Below the pieces are notes generated by a model, which did not search any database, was not told the origin of the DNA, and saw only the letters and a program-made list of their open reading frames with translations. A stretch of DNA of 64,000 nucleotides from Paludibacteraceae bacterium (GTDB lineage: Bacteria; Bacteroidota; Bacteroidia; Bacteroidales; Paludibacteraceae). The stretch spans positions 127,838 to 191,837 of the forward strand of contig JAFWOU010000029.1 of NCBI GenBank assembly GCA_017509715.1, in the 5' to 3' direction. The translations under genes and the position numbers were made by a program. Positions 63,541 to 64,000 of the stretch are shown in pieces (position 1 is the first letter of the stretch; each line of letters begins with the position of its first letter).

Positions 63541-63547
63541 ATAGAAT

Positions 63548-64000
63548 ATGAAAATAACATTGATTGCAGGTGCGCGACCCAATTTTATGAAGGTGGCACC
63601 GATTATTAAGGCGATTAAGGCGCATAATGAGGGGTTACCGGTTACGGGTGACAGGTTACGGGATGCTAACAAGCTGATTGAGTATCGGCTGGTGCATACG
63701 GGACAGCACTACGACAAGAACATGAGCGACACGTTCTTTGAGGAGTTGGGCATTCCGGCTCCGGACGCGAATCTCGGTTGTGGTGGTGGAAGTCAGGCAG
63801 AACAAACGGCTGCTATCATGGTGGCGTTTGAGAAAGAACTGATGGCAAATCCGACTGATATCGTGCTGGTTGTGGGCGATGTGACAAGCACTATGGCTTG
63901 TTCGATTGTGGCGAAGAAACTGAACACGAAAGTGTGCCATGTGGAGGCAGGAATCAGGTCTTGGGATCTGACGATGCCGGAGGAAATCAACCGAATGGTG
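63548..64000 (+). CDS. wecB: UDP-N-acetylglucosamine 2-epimerase (non-hydrolysing), 3' end outside the window
   Basis: It is not in the ORF track because it is open-ended. Hand translation gives MKITLIAGARPNFMKVAPIIKAI...LVHTGQHYDKNMSDTFFEELGIP...VVGDVTSTMACS...HVEAGIRSWD. Confidence 0.8.
   Translation, partial: MKITLIAGARPNFMKVAPIIKAIKAHNEGLPVTGDRLRDANKLIEYRLVHTGQHYDKNMSDTFFEELGIPAPDANLGCGGGSQAEQTAAIMVAFEKELMANPTDIVLVVGDVTSTMACSIVAKKLNTKVCHVEAGIRSWDLTMPEEINRMV

Noticed and set aside
63590-63665. Repeated GGTTACSG words (ggttaccggttacgggtgacaggttacggg) inside the wecB 5' region as a possible regulatory or slippage tract.
   Set aside because: The tract lies in frame within a loop-like segment of an otherwise typical WecB N-terminus and does not disrupt the ORF. 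There is nothing beyond the short repeat to support a function.
1-64000. Scan for tRNA, rRNA, integrase/transposase genes and IS ends that could explain the cassette structure.
   Set aside because: No cloverleaf-like sequence, rRNA-like segment or ORF with recombinase or transposase motifs (R-H-R-Y, DDE, serine-recombinase N-terminus) was recognised in any listed ORF. This is a by-eye negative and needs tRNAscan, Infernal and HMM confirmation.

Overview
This window looks like a Bacteroidales chromosomal segment. Ten start regions match the Bacteroides promoter consensus TTTG/CTTG-N20-TAnnTTTG with exactly 20 nt spacing. All homology calls below come from reading motifs by eye; no searches were run.

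The window has three parts.

(1) 1-12.2 kb. Two paralogous minus-strand operons of small phage-like or hypothetical genes bracket a small defence islet. The operons carry an HNH endonuclease, a YkuD-motif protein, a membrane/lipoprotein pair and a three-member family of small proteins. They share a promoter-leader module, copies of a ~120-nt hairpin element and a ~430-bp nested inverted-repeat element. The islet holds an HNH gene, an AriA-like ABC ATPase, an AriB-like DUF4435 protein, a DUF2971 protein and a GxxExxY protein. A second AriB-like gene is cut by the left edge of the window.

(2) 13.1-38.8 kb. A plus-strand capsule/O-antigen-type polysaccharide locus. It encodes FdtA/FdtB-like enzymes, the CDP-dideoxyhexose genes rfbF/rfbH/rfbG, several glycosyltransferases and an amino-acid/opine-type decoration module. 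It ends with a DUF354 gene.

(3) 38.8-63.5 kb. An accretion zone sits between DUF354 and a wecB gene cut by the right edge. Five copies of the DUF354 3' end and interleaved direct repeats delimit cassette-like blocks. These blocks carry Septu (PtuAB), QatABCD with two extra upstream genes, an AbiH gene with an in-frame TAG, and a SIR2-repeat protein next to a PD-(D/E)XK-like protein. They also carry a wHTH/nucleotidyltransferase/metallophosphoesterase trio, a DUF4143 ATPase, and Bro-N and RhuM remnants. Dense arrays of a GCTTGTACC/GCTTGGATG-type motif lie beside two paralogous wHTH genes.

No integrase, transposase, tRNA, rRNA or CRISPR array was recognised.
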